The notes below the pieces were generated by a model. It had not been told where the DNA came from and did not search any database. It worked only from the letters and a program-made list of their open reading frames with translations. From contig NC_135662.1 in NCBI RefSeq assembly GCF_964188315.1, positions 63,302,001-63,366,000 of the forward strand: a stretch of 64,000 nucleotides of DNA, written 5' to 3'. Position 1 is the stretch's first letter. Each line of letters begins with the position of its first letter. Shown piece by piece: positions 48,323-60,820 of the stretch. A program made the position numbers and the translations under genes. The DNA is from Podarcis muralis. Its lineage: Eukaryota.

Positions 48323-48585
48323 TGTTATGTATTGAAGTTCTCACCCTGGGCCAGCAGGGGGATACTGTAGATAGTTTTCACTCAGGTCCATATATGCAAA
48401 TAAGGGATTGAAACTGATGTTCAGTGATTGGATAGTTACAGAAAGTGTTACAGTTGCGTTCTAGTGGAGCTCTATATAAGCAGGCTGGCTGAACCCTTCA
48501 GTTCAGTTTTGTCTTGGCCTGTGAATAAACAAGAGCTGTTTGAAGAATCGCTGTGTCGTCTGATATGTTCACCCACAACTTAACA
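48323..48585 (+). mobile_element. Solo LTR
   Basis: TGTTAT...TTAACA ends, ATGCAAAT (48394), TATATAAG (48473), AATAAA (48524). TSD only partial (GCCAA/GACAT). Confidence 0.72.
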
Positions 48586-48758
48586 GACATCATTTAAAGT
48601 GGGTCAAAATTGACCACCCATGGTTGGTAGAATTTTCAAAGGAACCTAACAGACAAGGTTCTCTGTCCTCATTTCTTAGTGTTAACACAGGTTCTTTGAA
48701 CTCAGTACCTGATATAACTTCAAAGAGTGTTTGATACTGCACCCTAAAATATAAATAG

Positions 48759-49416
48759 CAGGGTGGATTTGATTTAAATCAAATCGATTTAAATCACTAG
48801 TCAGTAAGACTTGATTTAATTTTTAATTTTTTTTTTACAGAAAGACGCATTCTTGCTGGTATAATCTTAGTATTTACAACCATATGAAAGTTTTGTTTTT
48901 GGAATAATCAATTTTCAGAGTAGTTTTTACAGTTATATCAAAAATTTCTGATTTGGTTATACTATTAGAAATACATTGACAGATAATTATGAAATCATTG
49001 TGAGGTTTAATAAGTTAACTGTTTATATTTGGACAACTTTTCTGCTGTACTTTATTGGAAGGAGAAAAATAATCATTTCCTTAATAACAATTTAAACAAT
49101 TTATTTAACTAAACCAATAACATTGTAGCATATGTATCCATGTTTGTTAACTGATGTGGTTAAACATTTAAAAAAACAAAAACCAACAACCTTAGACTGA
49201 GTTTTTAGCACACATGAAATACTTAAAGCAAATCCTTATTTCCTGATGAAAAGCCTTTGGACTATAATGTAACTTAAATAGAAAACTATCTTCAGAATGA
49301 TTTTTCCTCCAAAAGCATTTTATTTAAAAAAATCCAATTTATATAAAAACAATCCAATTCACATTTAAAAAACTGATTTTTTTTATTTAAAAAATCATTG
49401 ATTTTTATCCACCCTG
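48759..49416. mobile_element. hAT non-autonomous element (AT-rich)
   Basis: TIRs CAGGGTGGAT / ATCCACCCTG, GATTTAAATC subterminal repeats, TSD ATAAATAG / ATACATAG. Confidence 0.88.
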
Positions 49417-51006
49417 ATACATAGTTTGATTCCTAAAATCATTTAGACACAAGTAGGCAATATTAACACTTGCAAAACAGATTCATTCATAGGACTTGTG
49501 TTAGCTACTTCTGCTTTAAAATATCAACTAGTACAGATATGTAGCCTATTTTGGTGATAGGTATTTTGATCTTATATTTTGTTTTCAAGGAAAGAGACTT
49601 TAAACATTGCTGGGCTTTATCCCTGCTCCACCACAGATTTGCTATTAGGCTTTGGGCACATCTCTGTCTCAGCTTTAGTTTCTTATCCAAAATTTATAGA
49701 GGTGACAGGTCTACCTATCTTTCAAGATTATTGTAAAGGCAAACAAGTTTTTTGTTTTTGTTTTAATAAACTAGTATCATTCTTTTTTACATAATATTTA
49801 CCTTATGTAGGCTTTTAAAAAACCCAAATAGAATATACATGCTGACATTTTTAAAATTCGGCTGTACACATCTTTGATAAATAAGTATTAAGCCTTTTAT
49901 ATAAATGATCTCTTGCCTTTATTGAAGTATTGGTATACTACAAATATAAAAGAGTATGTGAGTTGCGTGAAAGCTCACAAAAGCTGATAAACATTCATAA
50001 CAACCTTTTATACTGGTTCCAGGGTTATTGCAAAATTCATGCTAAACTAAAGTCCTCAAGAAGGTTGGATGAAACACTGTATCGTAGCTTATATGGAAGT
50101 TACTGCCCCTGAATGCCGTGAATTGTCTGCTCACATGTTACACTGTTTAGATAAGTAGACTGTTAACATATACTGAAAAAAGAGAAATGAAAGAGGAGAA
50201 AATATGTGAATGAGCTCTTCTGCCAGCAAATATGAATCAAGGGCAATAAGCATTATATGTTATACACATCATTCTTCATTTGTGCTCTATTTGCTGTCTA
50301 TACAGATACTTCGTGCTAGACAAATACAGAATACAACAATTTGGGATATGGATTGGCACACAGTTATAATTCAGTGTTATAGCTGACAAGTGGAACCTTT
50401 AGCAAAATAGAGTGCTGCTCTGTTTTGTCCAACCAGCCATGCCACAATATTCCATTTCTTCTCCCCTGGTTTTAAGTTTTCCACCCCTTGAAACTCAGCA
50501 TTCAGTGGTCAAAACTCTCAAGGTTTTGTCCCATCCCCCTATTATTATTCATAAGATGTTGGGATTTCCCAGGACCATGTTTGTTTTTCAGTGGTCCTGT
50601 TTCACCATCACTCCCCTCTGCATTTGTTGTGGGAGGGAGTGATGCTTCTACTGGGCAAATGACCCTAGGTGAACCATGTCCTTGTATTCTGTCAATAAAG
50701 TCTGGTATTTCATTGTGACTTTTACTGGCAATGTAAAGGAAGCTGTTTCTTGTTTTCTTATTGTTTGCTCAACACTTTTATGCAAAAAAAGGAAAAATTA
50801 TGAAGAAAATAGACTGTGATCAATCTGCTTGTGAAAACTGCTTAGCCTGCTGACATAATAGTCAGCCACTTGATATCATTGTTATATGATTTGTTGCTCA
50901 CCAGCAGATGTCAGTATGAGCATTGAAGGTACTATGCACATCTGAGATGTACTTATCTGCATTCACACCAGTTCTAACATCCCAGCCTTCAAACATTACT
51001 TAGAAG

Positions 51007-51063
51007 CAGTGCTTCTCTTCTAGAAAATGAAAAAGGTGTAGGTACCCCAGGAAAAAAGCACTG
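51007..51063. mobile_element. 57-bp minimal hAT MITE
   Basis: TIR CAGTGCTT / AAGCACTG with perfect 8-bp TSD CTTAGAAG (50999-51006, 51064-71). Confidence 0.75.
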
Positions 51064-51141
51064 CTTAGAAGGAAGTCCCATTTCAGCTTCCTTTTAAGGA
51101 CATCTTTATACTATTTTTTTTGGTGCTTTTTTGTCTTGAAG

Positions 51142-51476
51142 TAGAATCATAGAATCATAGAGTTGGAATAGACCACAAGGGCCATCGAGTCCAACCCCCT
51201 GCCAAGCAGGAAACACCATCAGAGCACTCCTGACATATGGTTGTCAAGCCTCTGCTTAAAGACCTCCAAAGAAGGAGACTCCACCACACTCCTTGGCAGC
51301 AAATTCCACTGTCGAACAGCTCTTACTGTCAGGAAGTTCTTCCTAATGTTTAGGTGGAATCTTCTTTCTTGTAGTTTGGACCATTGCTCCGTGTCCGCTT
51401 CTCTGGAGCAGCAGAAAACAACCTTTCTCACTCCTCTATCTGACATCCTTTTATATATTTGAACATGGCTATCATA
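51142..51476 (-). mobile_element. CR1 3' end fragment, same family as 4362-7349
   Basis: Reverse complement matches the 3' end of the large CR1 with only about 7 differences in about 335 bp (by eye). Same (ATTCTATG)n tail. Confidence 0.96.
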
Positions 51477-52408
51477 TAACCCCTTAAAAGTAATCTAGGA
51501 TAAGGTTAAGTTTGCCTGTTGTTGCTAACTTTAGTCTTCAGTTATTTGGGGATATTGTGCAGCCTGCTTTCTTGACCTTGAATGAGAGACCCTAGAGAAG
51601 CAACATGTGAAGAAAGAAGGGGTTCTGCTTACTAAAACCAGCATAAAGAACCAGAACTCAAGTGTCTTTGATGGTATGGATTGGTAGCCTCTGGCCAGTG
51701 AAGAATGTCACTGAGAGGGGATTTGCTTGTTTGTACATCTGACTGTTACTCTACGTAGAGCAATCACTCACCTACAGTCTGAAGTGGTAAAGTCTATGGA
51801 CTTTGCCAACTGGCTCCTCCTCCTTACTCTGCATGAGCTGTTTTCAAATAATTGTTTTCCTTGTCCCTTTCCTACAATATCTGTTTTCATTCCTACATTG
51901 TTTGCAATGGAAGGCTCGGTAAAATATGTGTTCCCCATCTTTCAATATCTGTTTTTCAGTCAGGGATCTGTGACATCCTTAAGGGCTCTGGAAAAAAAAC
52001 CCAAAAAAATTGCAATTGCGGAGAGGCTGCAATTCTCTGCCAACTTATTTGGGAGTGGGTCTTAGTGAAACCAATGGGGCTTCCTTCTGGATAAAAATGT
52101 ACAGGAGCAGGATGTTAAGTAGTCATTTGTTCACAGGACCACAGGAGACCAGGGTTAGACACATCACAGTTTACTTCACTTTAACCCACATTTAAGATTC
52201 TACCAATTCAACACTAAAGAATGCTGCTTGCTTCTTGAGGGGGATTTACTGATCGCTTAGACCTGCTTCAGCAACATTGAGAAAATAATGCAAGAGTTTG
52301 GTTACTACTCCTCTTTAACATCCCCCGCATATTCATGCACTGTTCTTGCGGTGACTCCTGTCACAGGGCCAGATCATCCAGTTTCTAATCTGAAAAAAAA
52401 AACCTTTG

Positions 52409-52633
52409 GGTTGTATTCAGTCAAGTTATCCCATTAGCAGAAGGATTTCCACTTGTGCAGCAGACATTCCCCTACTTCTATCCCACCCCGTACACCCCTC
52501 AAGTATGTTCTGAGAGTTCCCCCAACCCTCCAAAGCAGTTGGGGGGGGGCAACAGGTAGAGGAGAAGAAGGGGAAGTTCTATTGCACTAGCAGAAGTTCT
52601 TGGATTGATGGGAAGACTTTATTGGATACAGTC
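52409..52633. mobile_element. Old palindromic Harbinger-like MITE
   Basis: GGGTTGTATTCA / TTGGATACAGTCC ends with internal partial symmetry. Confidence 0.4.
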
Positions 52634-52642
52634 CTACATATA

Positions 52643-52842
52643 CAGTGGAACCTCAGGTTACAGACTCTGCTAACCCAGAAATAGTACCTCGGGTTAAGAA
52701 CTTTGCTTCAGGATGAGAACAGAAATCACACGGTGGCAGCGGGAAGCCCCATTAGCTAAAGTGGTGCTTCAGTGTTAAGAACAGTTTCAGGTTAAAAACG
52801 GACTTGCAGAATGAATTAAGTACTTAACCCGAGGTACCACTG
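52643..52842. mobile_element. Tc1/mariner (Tigger-like) MITE, 35081 family
   Basis: CAGTGGAACCTCAGGTTA / TAACCCGAGGTACCACTG ends with TA flanks. Confidence 0.88.
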
Positions 52843-54069
52843 TAGTGGATCAATAAGCTTCACTGAGTGCATGGCATAATGCTTTATGTGTGGAATGGAG
52901 AAATGGAGCTGGGTGTTAGCACCGCAGTATCATACTGTACCAGAAAGTAAGGCAATGCTGGCATGGCAAAGAGCTGCAGTGTGGGCTCTTTCCATGTGAC
53001 TTGGGGCTCCTCGCATTATCTGGTACAGGAAGAATTCAGTAGCCCCTGTACCACAAGAATAACATCACAAGACTGAGCGAAATCAGTTTTCTGATTTAGA
53101 TGACCAGCTGGCATGCCATACAAAGTTAATCAGCTAGAATTGAGTTGTTGAACTATAATTGTCCTAATGTCCCTACTGAAATTATTTTCCTTTGAACTAC
53201 CCATGAAAACGATTTTGCACAATTGTCATTCTTATTACTCATAATGTCTTGTTTGTTAGGATCACATAGAAAAGTTCTGATTTGTCCCAGAGGCACGTTC
53301 TGGTTGTAGCTGATATCCCATTGTATAAACGACCTTTTTTAGTTTAATATAATAGGTTTTGTTTTGGGGGTGCTTTTTCTTTTCTTGTTTTTCCTGTTGC
53401 TTGCATGCCGTCTGAAATACTTTCAGTCGCATGAACAATTTGTCTGGGACAAAGTCTTATCTACAGAAAGTCTGATTCAGCTTCAGAGACTTAAGACTAC
53501 ATGGTCTTGTTGTGTTTGTTTCTTTTTAAAAAAAGAATACATATATGTATGTGCGCCTTGTTAAAAAACACTGCTGCCCCCATCTAGGAACAATACAACA
53601 CTCACATCATTTCCTGAAAAACGTGTAGAGTTGGAAGGCAATTATCTACTTACCAAACAAGCTAAAACAACAGTTCCTGATATTCTTCTGAAATATTTCA
53701 ACTTCCCAAGAATCCGGAAAAAATAGTTCCATGAGATGGTGCTATGAACGAAGGTATGACATTTCAGTTTCCTTCGCTTGGAATTTGACATCTCAGGGCA
53801 ATAGATTACTGTGTATTTGGCACTGGTGAGGGAGAAGATATCAAGTGAGGTGTGGGCAGAGTGACTGCAAATGACACGTTATTTTTCTTCTGTACAGGAA
53901 CAATGAACCGTTTGTATGTTTCTCTCTTACAGTCACAGGCATATAGCTTCTTTCTTGGTGGCCTTTGAGCAACATCATCTGAACCGCCAGCAAGAGAAAC
54001 AGGAACCACATGATGAAATAGTTCAGTAGCAATAGACACCCATCTTTTGTTTGTATCTCCACAAAGTAA

Positions 54070-54423
54070 GGGACACGCGTGGCGCTGTGGGTTAAACCAC
54101 AGAGCCTAGGACTTGCCGATCAGAAGGTCGGCGGTTTGAATCCCCGCAACGGGGTGAGCTCCCGTTGCTCGGTCCCTGCTCCTGCCAACCTAGCAGTTCG
54201 AAAGCACAAAGTGCTAGTAGATAAATAGGTACCGCTCCGGCGGGAAGGTAAACAGTGTTTCCATGCGCTGCTCTGGTTTGCCAGAAGCGGCTTGGTCATA
54301 CTGGCCACATGACCCGGAAGCTGTACGCCGGCTCCCTCTGCCAATAAAGCAAGATGAGCACTGCAACCCCAGAGTCGGCCACGACTGGACCTAATGGTCA
54401 GGGGTCCCTTTACTTTTACCTTA
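54070..54423 (+). mobile_element. Sauria SINE
   Basis: Full-length copy with TSD CCACAAAGTAA / CCATAAAGTAA. Confidence 0.94.
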
Positions 54424-55728
54424 CCATAAAGTAAAATTACTAAATAAACTGAATATAGTGGGAAATAATTTGGGGAGACAACATTAAGAAGACAGATGGT
54501 TTTCTTTATGTTTCCTTTCTAGCAGTTCAACAGCATTCCCTTTGTGATATTATAAATGTGGCCCTCCATCTGTGGTTGGGGTGGTCATGGGTGATGGGAG
54601 TTGTGACAGGCCCAAAATTGTTGGATTACAAATTCCTCAGCCTTGTTAGAAAGTAAAATAGGACAGCATGGTATAAATACTGCTTTTACAGTCTCACATA
54701 TGGTGTGTATTCTCAGTCTTTAGAAATCATTAGCTATTAATTGAAACTGCAATAGTATTTTGAGTGACGCTCTTCTACAATGGACATTCAAAGGGAATGC
54801 AAGGGTGATTTGCAAAGACGTCTGCTTCAAGCTCAGCTTCTCTGTTTCCTTATTAACAACTTCCTTTTGGTATCTGTGGAACATGCCCTTGCTAGACTGA
54901 CATCCAAGAGAAGGAGAAGGTCAGATTAGTTTACTGGTTACAGTATTTGGCTTTTGTGGGTTGCGTTGCTGAGTTTTGCTTAACGCTTTGTTTGCAGGCC
55001 ATGTGCAGCTCTAGAACTTGCCACTGTAGTTGGCACCAGTTGGTCCTTTTGGCTGGCAGATTCCTGGTAGAGAGTTAGGCAAATGAAGTCTGAAAGACTG
55101 AACACCTTGTTTGCTGCAGATGGTTTTTTAAGGTCATGTTTGACTCATTAGCGTTGCTTCAAACCTTTTGCTTTTCCTACATGGAAAGCACTTCAATATG
55201 GGACATGGGTGGCCAGTCTTTGGCACGGGCGCCACCACAAGTAGCAATAATTTAAAATATTCAGAGTATTTATTAATAGAGCAGTCTTTTTATTGAACAG
55301 TACTGTTCCCCACCCTTTTATTAATACCAACTTCCTGGTTAGCTCGGGTGGAGAGGTTTCCATTGAATTATCTACAATGGCTTTAAAAAAACCCATTTAC
55401 AGTTACATTATCTACACACTAGATAATAATCTTGGTAATAAAATAATTGCTTTCCACTATTCTGCACTTCAACCCTGATAGTCTTCTTTTCCAAATTTTT
55501 GCAGTGCCCTCCAATCCTCATAAACCCTTTTGCAAACTAACGAAATATTTTTGTTGTTGTTTATCCAAATATTTAAGCACTCCCACCAGTCTAACCTCAT
55601 GCAAAATCCATTAGTAAACATTGGAGACACTACCAGCCTTACTGCAGGCCAGCAACTGCAAACTTTCTAGCTTCAATGAACCCTTTCCACATTGATTTCT
55701 TTGCCAAGGATATACACATTGGTCATAA

Positions 55729-55734
55729 TATCTA

Positions 55735-55774
<40 letters not shown>

Positions 55775-55785
55775 ATCTATCTATA
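55729..55785. repeat. (TATC)n microsatellite
   Basis: Directly visible tetranucleotide array. Confidence 0.92.
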
Positions 55786-58700
55786 ACTATATATAACATG
55801 CATCATTTTGCCATAGGCACTTTGCATGTTGCAGAGGATTCAGAGGCGTATTTGGGGATGCACAATCAGTTCATACTCCGCCTCACCATTGCTCCACTTT
55901 GGACTGCACCCAATATTGTCCTGTGGCTGCATGTTTTGGGGGTGTGATTGCTAATGGTGGGCTGTTTCACAGAAGCCTTTCCATCATTACTGGTCTCCTC
56001 AATGAAGGGCCCTTGACAAGCTTCCAAGAGCCCTAGGACACAGGTTGAGAACTACTGCTATAAACATTTGAGAGGCGAGGAATACTCCTTAATTAACTGT
56101 GTTTAAACCCAATTAACTTCCACTTTTCCTGTGCCTAGAAAGCAGGGGTCCAAGTGGTTTTCTGTTTGTCCCCATGCTTTCAAGGCATGGGCCCAAGCAG
56201 TTTTGTCTTTGCCCCGCTGCTTTGACCTAGAAAACCCACTCTTTAGTGCTAAATGGGAGCAAATGTCAATCCAGAGAAAACTCAGTTGACATTTGCTCCA
56301 ATTCAGCAGTAAATGGCAGGAAGGCGGTGAGGCAAGTCAAAGAATACTCCATTTCCAGCCTTCCCCTTTAGAGTCTTCCATTATCATGCAAAAGAAGTGA
56401 ACAGATCTTTTTCGTTTCCTTTAAAAGAACTCAGCTGTTCAAGCTCTGATTTAGGACATGCTGAAAGAAAACACAGGCGGAGGCAGTCAGAGTAAATGAG
56501 GAATGTCAGGACTCAGAAGGCTACGTTGTTTAGCCTGAAGGGCAGTTGGAAACTGAAGTGAATGAAGCCAGGTTAAAGGCCTGGATCAATAAGCGCTTAC
56601 GGTAAGATGTCCCAGGAGTGAGCACACAAAGACGGCTGTAGTACTCTCAGCCATTTTCTTGCCCATACCAATATCATGCCTTCTGGCGAAATAGGAAGCC
56701 AACCACAGTCATGAACCAAAGGTGTCCTAAAGGAGGTTTCATATTCTCCCAGGGCAGAGGCTGCAGTTGTAGCCCCTGCCAACGGCTTGCGTTCAAACCA
56801 AGCCGTAAAGGCAGAAAAAGGAAAGGCTTAAGAACACCCCAGCCCACCTAGGTGCAATTAAACTAAATAACTGAAACAAGTTGGCTGCTGCTGGCACTTT
56901 TGGTGCCCTGGGGAGTTTTCTGTTTTGGAGCCTCAATTGCGGTAACGTGTAGGACGCACAAGTCAGTGGAACCAGCCAACCGGATGGGCCTGCTGTCCGC
57001 TAATTGGGCTCAGTCTGCTCCCATGTCCGGCCACCGGACGACAGGCGCAGCAGCCCCCGTCGAGCACAGCCTCCTTGAAATTGTCGCCACCAAATGAACC
57101 ACTGACCTTAACTGAAGGAGCCACATATATCTTGGGCAAGGGAGAAACTAAAATTAAAAGGGTATTTTTTGTTTTTCCACCCCTGCCTTCCTTCTCCCCC
57201 ATCGTTCCAGAGTTTGTCATCCTATCACACCTATCAACAGTGCCAGCCTCGAGACATTTTAGCACCTTGCGTTGAGTGCCAAAATCCCCCTGAAATGACA
57301 TGCTATCCCCCTGCATACTTGAAAAGCTGCCATTCTTTCCCCCTACCCTCAATAAAACTCACAGAATCTGAGCTGAATTGATTCAATTCAGGGTAGAGGA
57401 GAAGCTAGAAAAAAGAGCCCACAGCAATATTGTAATTGAGGTGATATTAGACTTACTTTGCGCTCCCCCTCCACACGCCCTCTTTAGGTGGTGATGGGTA
57501 TTACTTCACTTATTTCAAAACATGGCGGCAAGCCAACCTTGCCACTCTTGCTCCTGAATTTGGGCCCTGGACTTTTGCCCCAGAATACTACTCTGACGGG
57601 ACTACTGGCCCATGGTCATCCCCTCCACGCTTCCAAATTAATGAAGAATAGATTCCCATAGTTAGCACAGAAGAAACAGACTGTATGTCTGTGTAAATTG
57701 CTGTGAGTATGAGGCTCAGCAGTTTAGCAGCAGGGTTGCCACCATCTTTTATTGCTTGGGGTGTGTGGGGTGTGTTGGTGGCATTTCTTTATAAAGACAG
57801 GAGGCGGCAGGGGTTGATTTAAAAACTTGTTGATAGATGAAAACGATGCATCTGGAGGATCCAGCAACTTTGTTTTTTTAAAAAAGTATTGTTAATTGTT
57901 TTTTATGCAAGAACATGCAGAAGCATAGAGTGGCAAGCATCATCTTGGAAGGAGGGTAAATGCCAAGTCTCTCATGCACAAGGGAATGCCTCTTCTAAAA
58001 TGGTGCCTGCTGTCACTGGCATGTGCACAATGTATAATCTACAAACAACGAATCCTTTTGTCTCCAGGCGGACTATTTTATCCGAATGCATCTTGTTTGC
58101 AGGTTCTGTGGGTAGATCTGTTCATTGACTGGAATTAATTCACAATCGACCTATTAGTATTTCCTTAGTTGAGTGACGACGGTCCTGCCATTTGTGAGGA
58201 GTGTTTGAAGAGCACTACAAGATAATAAAGTAAGGAGGACATTTACAGCCCTATAAATTCAGAGAATGGGCGTGGATCCAAAGAATCATAAACTAGTTCT
58301 GTGAGCCCAAGGAGGTTTTAGTCTTGTTTTTCTTGAACATCAGCCCACTCACCTCTGCTGTATGGCAAACCTAAGACACACATCATGCGGTTCTTCATTT
58401 TTCTTCTAATTTTTTTTTTGGGGGGGGGGGTAAATAAGTGGATGATGTGTGTATCTCTGTTTGCCCACATGAAAATCTAGATTCCTTTAAAAAGCAAAAA
58501 ATATTATCAGGGTTGCATAAGCCCCACAGCAACACCCTTCATTTCAAGAAGGTGGGTCTTTGTAAAATCATCATCTTCTTCTTCTTCCCTATGCTGGACC
58601 TCATAGCTCAGGACTTGCTACTCCCTTAAAAGGGCAAAGAGAAGATCATGAAACACTGTAAGACAGCATGGCCATTCTCATCCCAATTTGTATCATGATC

Positions 58701-58909
58701 ATGGCAGAACCACATTCCACACAGCAGTTGTAATATGTTTGCACCATCTAAGCGAAGAATAGTGGACTGCTGAGAAAAATAGATATCCCCGCAATGGAAG
58801 CACTACCGTAAAAGAAAGATATTTTGAGATTGTACAACGAATGAGCAACAGCTGTGCATTTGTTGCATGGAAAAATGGGTTTGTGGAAAGGCCTTAAGAT
58901 TGTATAGAA

Positions 58910-59045
58910 CAGTGTTTCCCAACCTTGGGCCTCCAGCTGTTTTTGAACTACAATTCCCATCATCCCTGACCACTGGTCTTGCTAGCTAGGGATGATGGGA
59001 GTTGTAGTCCAAAAACAGCTGGAGGCCCAAGGTTGGGAAACACTG
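58910..59045. mobile_element. Palindromic hAT MITE (older relatives near 54560, 61390-61519 and 62345-62440)
   Basis: The whole 136 bp is a near-perfect inverted repeat (CAGTGTTTCCCAACCTTGGGCCTCCAGCTG...). Perfect TSD GTATAGAA. Confidence 0.92.
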
Positions 59046-59699
59046 GTATAGAAGATTCTTCTCAAGAAATGAATGCAAAAACAGTCCAGAATCTTAACTC
59101 AGAAGGACTGAGTATTTTTATACCCATTATCTAACTACACAAAAATACTCTCCCACCAGGCGTCCTAAACTTGGTCCTGAATGCTAACAGGTCTCTGAGC
59201 AAAGAAATGAGATCAGAGCCATCTATTTAAGGTAGGGTTCAGAGAGGTTTTGCCTTGCTGGGCAAAAAGCATAGGCTTTTGAAGCAGTTGGGATTTTGAC
59301 TACAGGCTGCCAATTTGGGGTTTTGAGGTGCTGGTGTTACTTTTGGGATCAGCACTGCCCATTTGTATTACTGTTTCTATACTCCTCTAGGACCTGTTTT
59401 GCCTGTAAATGAATTATGGAAACAGCACACATTTCCAATGTTCTGTCCTTGAAAGGAAGCTTACAATTAACTGCTTCTCGGGCAAATGGGGAAATAACCA
59501 ATCACACAGCAGTTTCTCAGTTTGGCCTATTCAGTAGTTGGTATATTTAAAAAAGTAAAGCGATTTTTAAAATGAAATATTTGCTTGATCTACATGGGTT
59601 GTTATATATGCATTGGCTGCTGTTTCTACAACAGCATGCTGTCAGAATAGCAAAAGTCAACAAAATACCACATGCTAGCACACAGTCACTGGTTGGCAT

Positions 59700-60330
59700 C
59701 CTCAGTTTTCTATTTCAGCATATGAAATTTTTTTGAATTATGTTGAATATGCATACAACATAAACCTCATGGTCAACAGCCCCCAGTGTATCTGTTAAAC
59801 CAGCAAATAGGACGTCAAAAAGGAAAGGTGCCAACACACAGCTCTGGCAGGTGCCAGTCTTGATATAAAATTTCTCCATTGTTTGCCATTTGTCAACAGC
59901 ATGAGTCATGATGCTGGAACCAATATGAAAAATAGTGGCCAGGTTCATGAAGAATTCAAGAGAGTGTTCCAGTTTATAAGGTCAAACAGTTTTGCAAGAT
60001 TGACAGAGAGAGAACAGGTCTTGGAGGTTTTCTTCCAATGTTGATCTTTGGGTGATATCCTGTGCTTTGAGGACTTGATGACAACAGTTTGGGTGCAAAG
60101 TTCAAGCTAGCATCTTCAGACTGACACAGTGCTGAGCAATGTAACTTTAATGTCACATAGCATCCGATCCTCAAATGATACAGTGACTAAGGAGACAATG
60201 AGTAGCCTGAGTAGTTTTGCAGCTTGTCTTTTCTAGTGTTCGTTGAATGGAGGCAGGACTACTCAGATATATCATGGAGATTCAAAGATTGGCAGAACAG
60301 CTCAATCACTCTTGGCTTTCCCTTTTCTTG
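59700..60330 (-). mobile_element. Highly degenerate RTE-clade reverse transcriptase fragment
   Basis: Reverse strand reads VNLAKLFDLINWNTL (cf. FVDLxKAFD), GTCQSCVLAPFLF (cf. GVxQGCVLAPxLF) and a decayed YADD. Confidence 0.6.
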
Positions 60331-60454
60331 TGAGAGTTTATGCCTTCGTCACAGCAAGATACACCAATATGTAGATGGGAATGTTTAAATTGTTTGTTCC
60401 AGTATTTCCTTAGTTAATAGATTGTCCCCTCTTTCATAATACCAGAATGTCAGT

Positions 60455-60820
60455 GAAGCTGAATGCTGGGAGATCCAGGACAGACAAAAGGAAGTTGTTC
60501 TTCACACAGGGCATACTTAAAACTATGGAATTTGCTCCTGCAAGATGCGGTGATAGCCACTAATTTGGATGACTTGAAAAGTGGATTAGACCAAAGCCAT
60601 GGAGAATACCATTATATTGACTGGTACTAGTCACAATGTCTTTATATTATTACCTCTATATTGGAGGCAGTATGAATACCAGCTGCTAGGGAAGGCAAAT
60701 GGGAGACTGCTATTGCGTGCGTCCTGCGTTAGGTTTCCCATAGGTATCCAGTTAGAGAGAACATGATGCTGAATTGTATGGGCCTTTGGCCTAAATCAGG
60801 AGGGCTCACCATACATTCTT
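60455..60820 (+). mobile_element. Old CR1-clade 3' end (different family from 4362)
   Basis: GGACAGACAAAAGGAAG...TTCTTCACACAG...CTATGGAATT...GATG.GGTGAT.GCCAC encodes a decayed FFTQR...WNxLP CR1 C-terminus plus 3' UTR. Confidence 0.7.
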
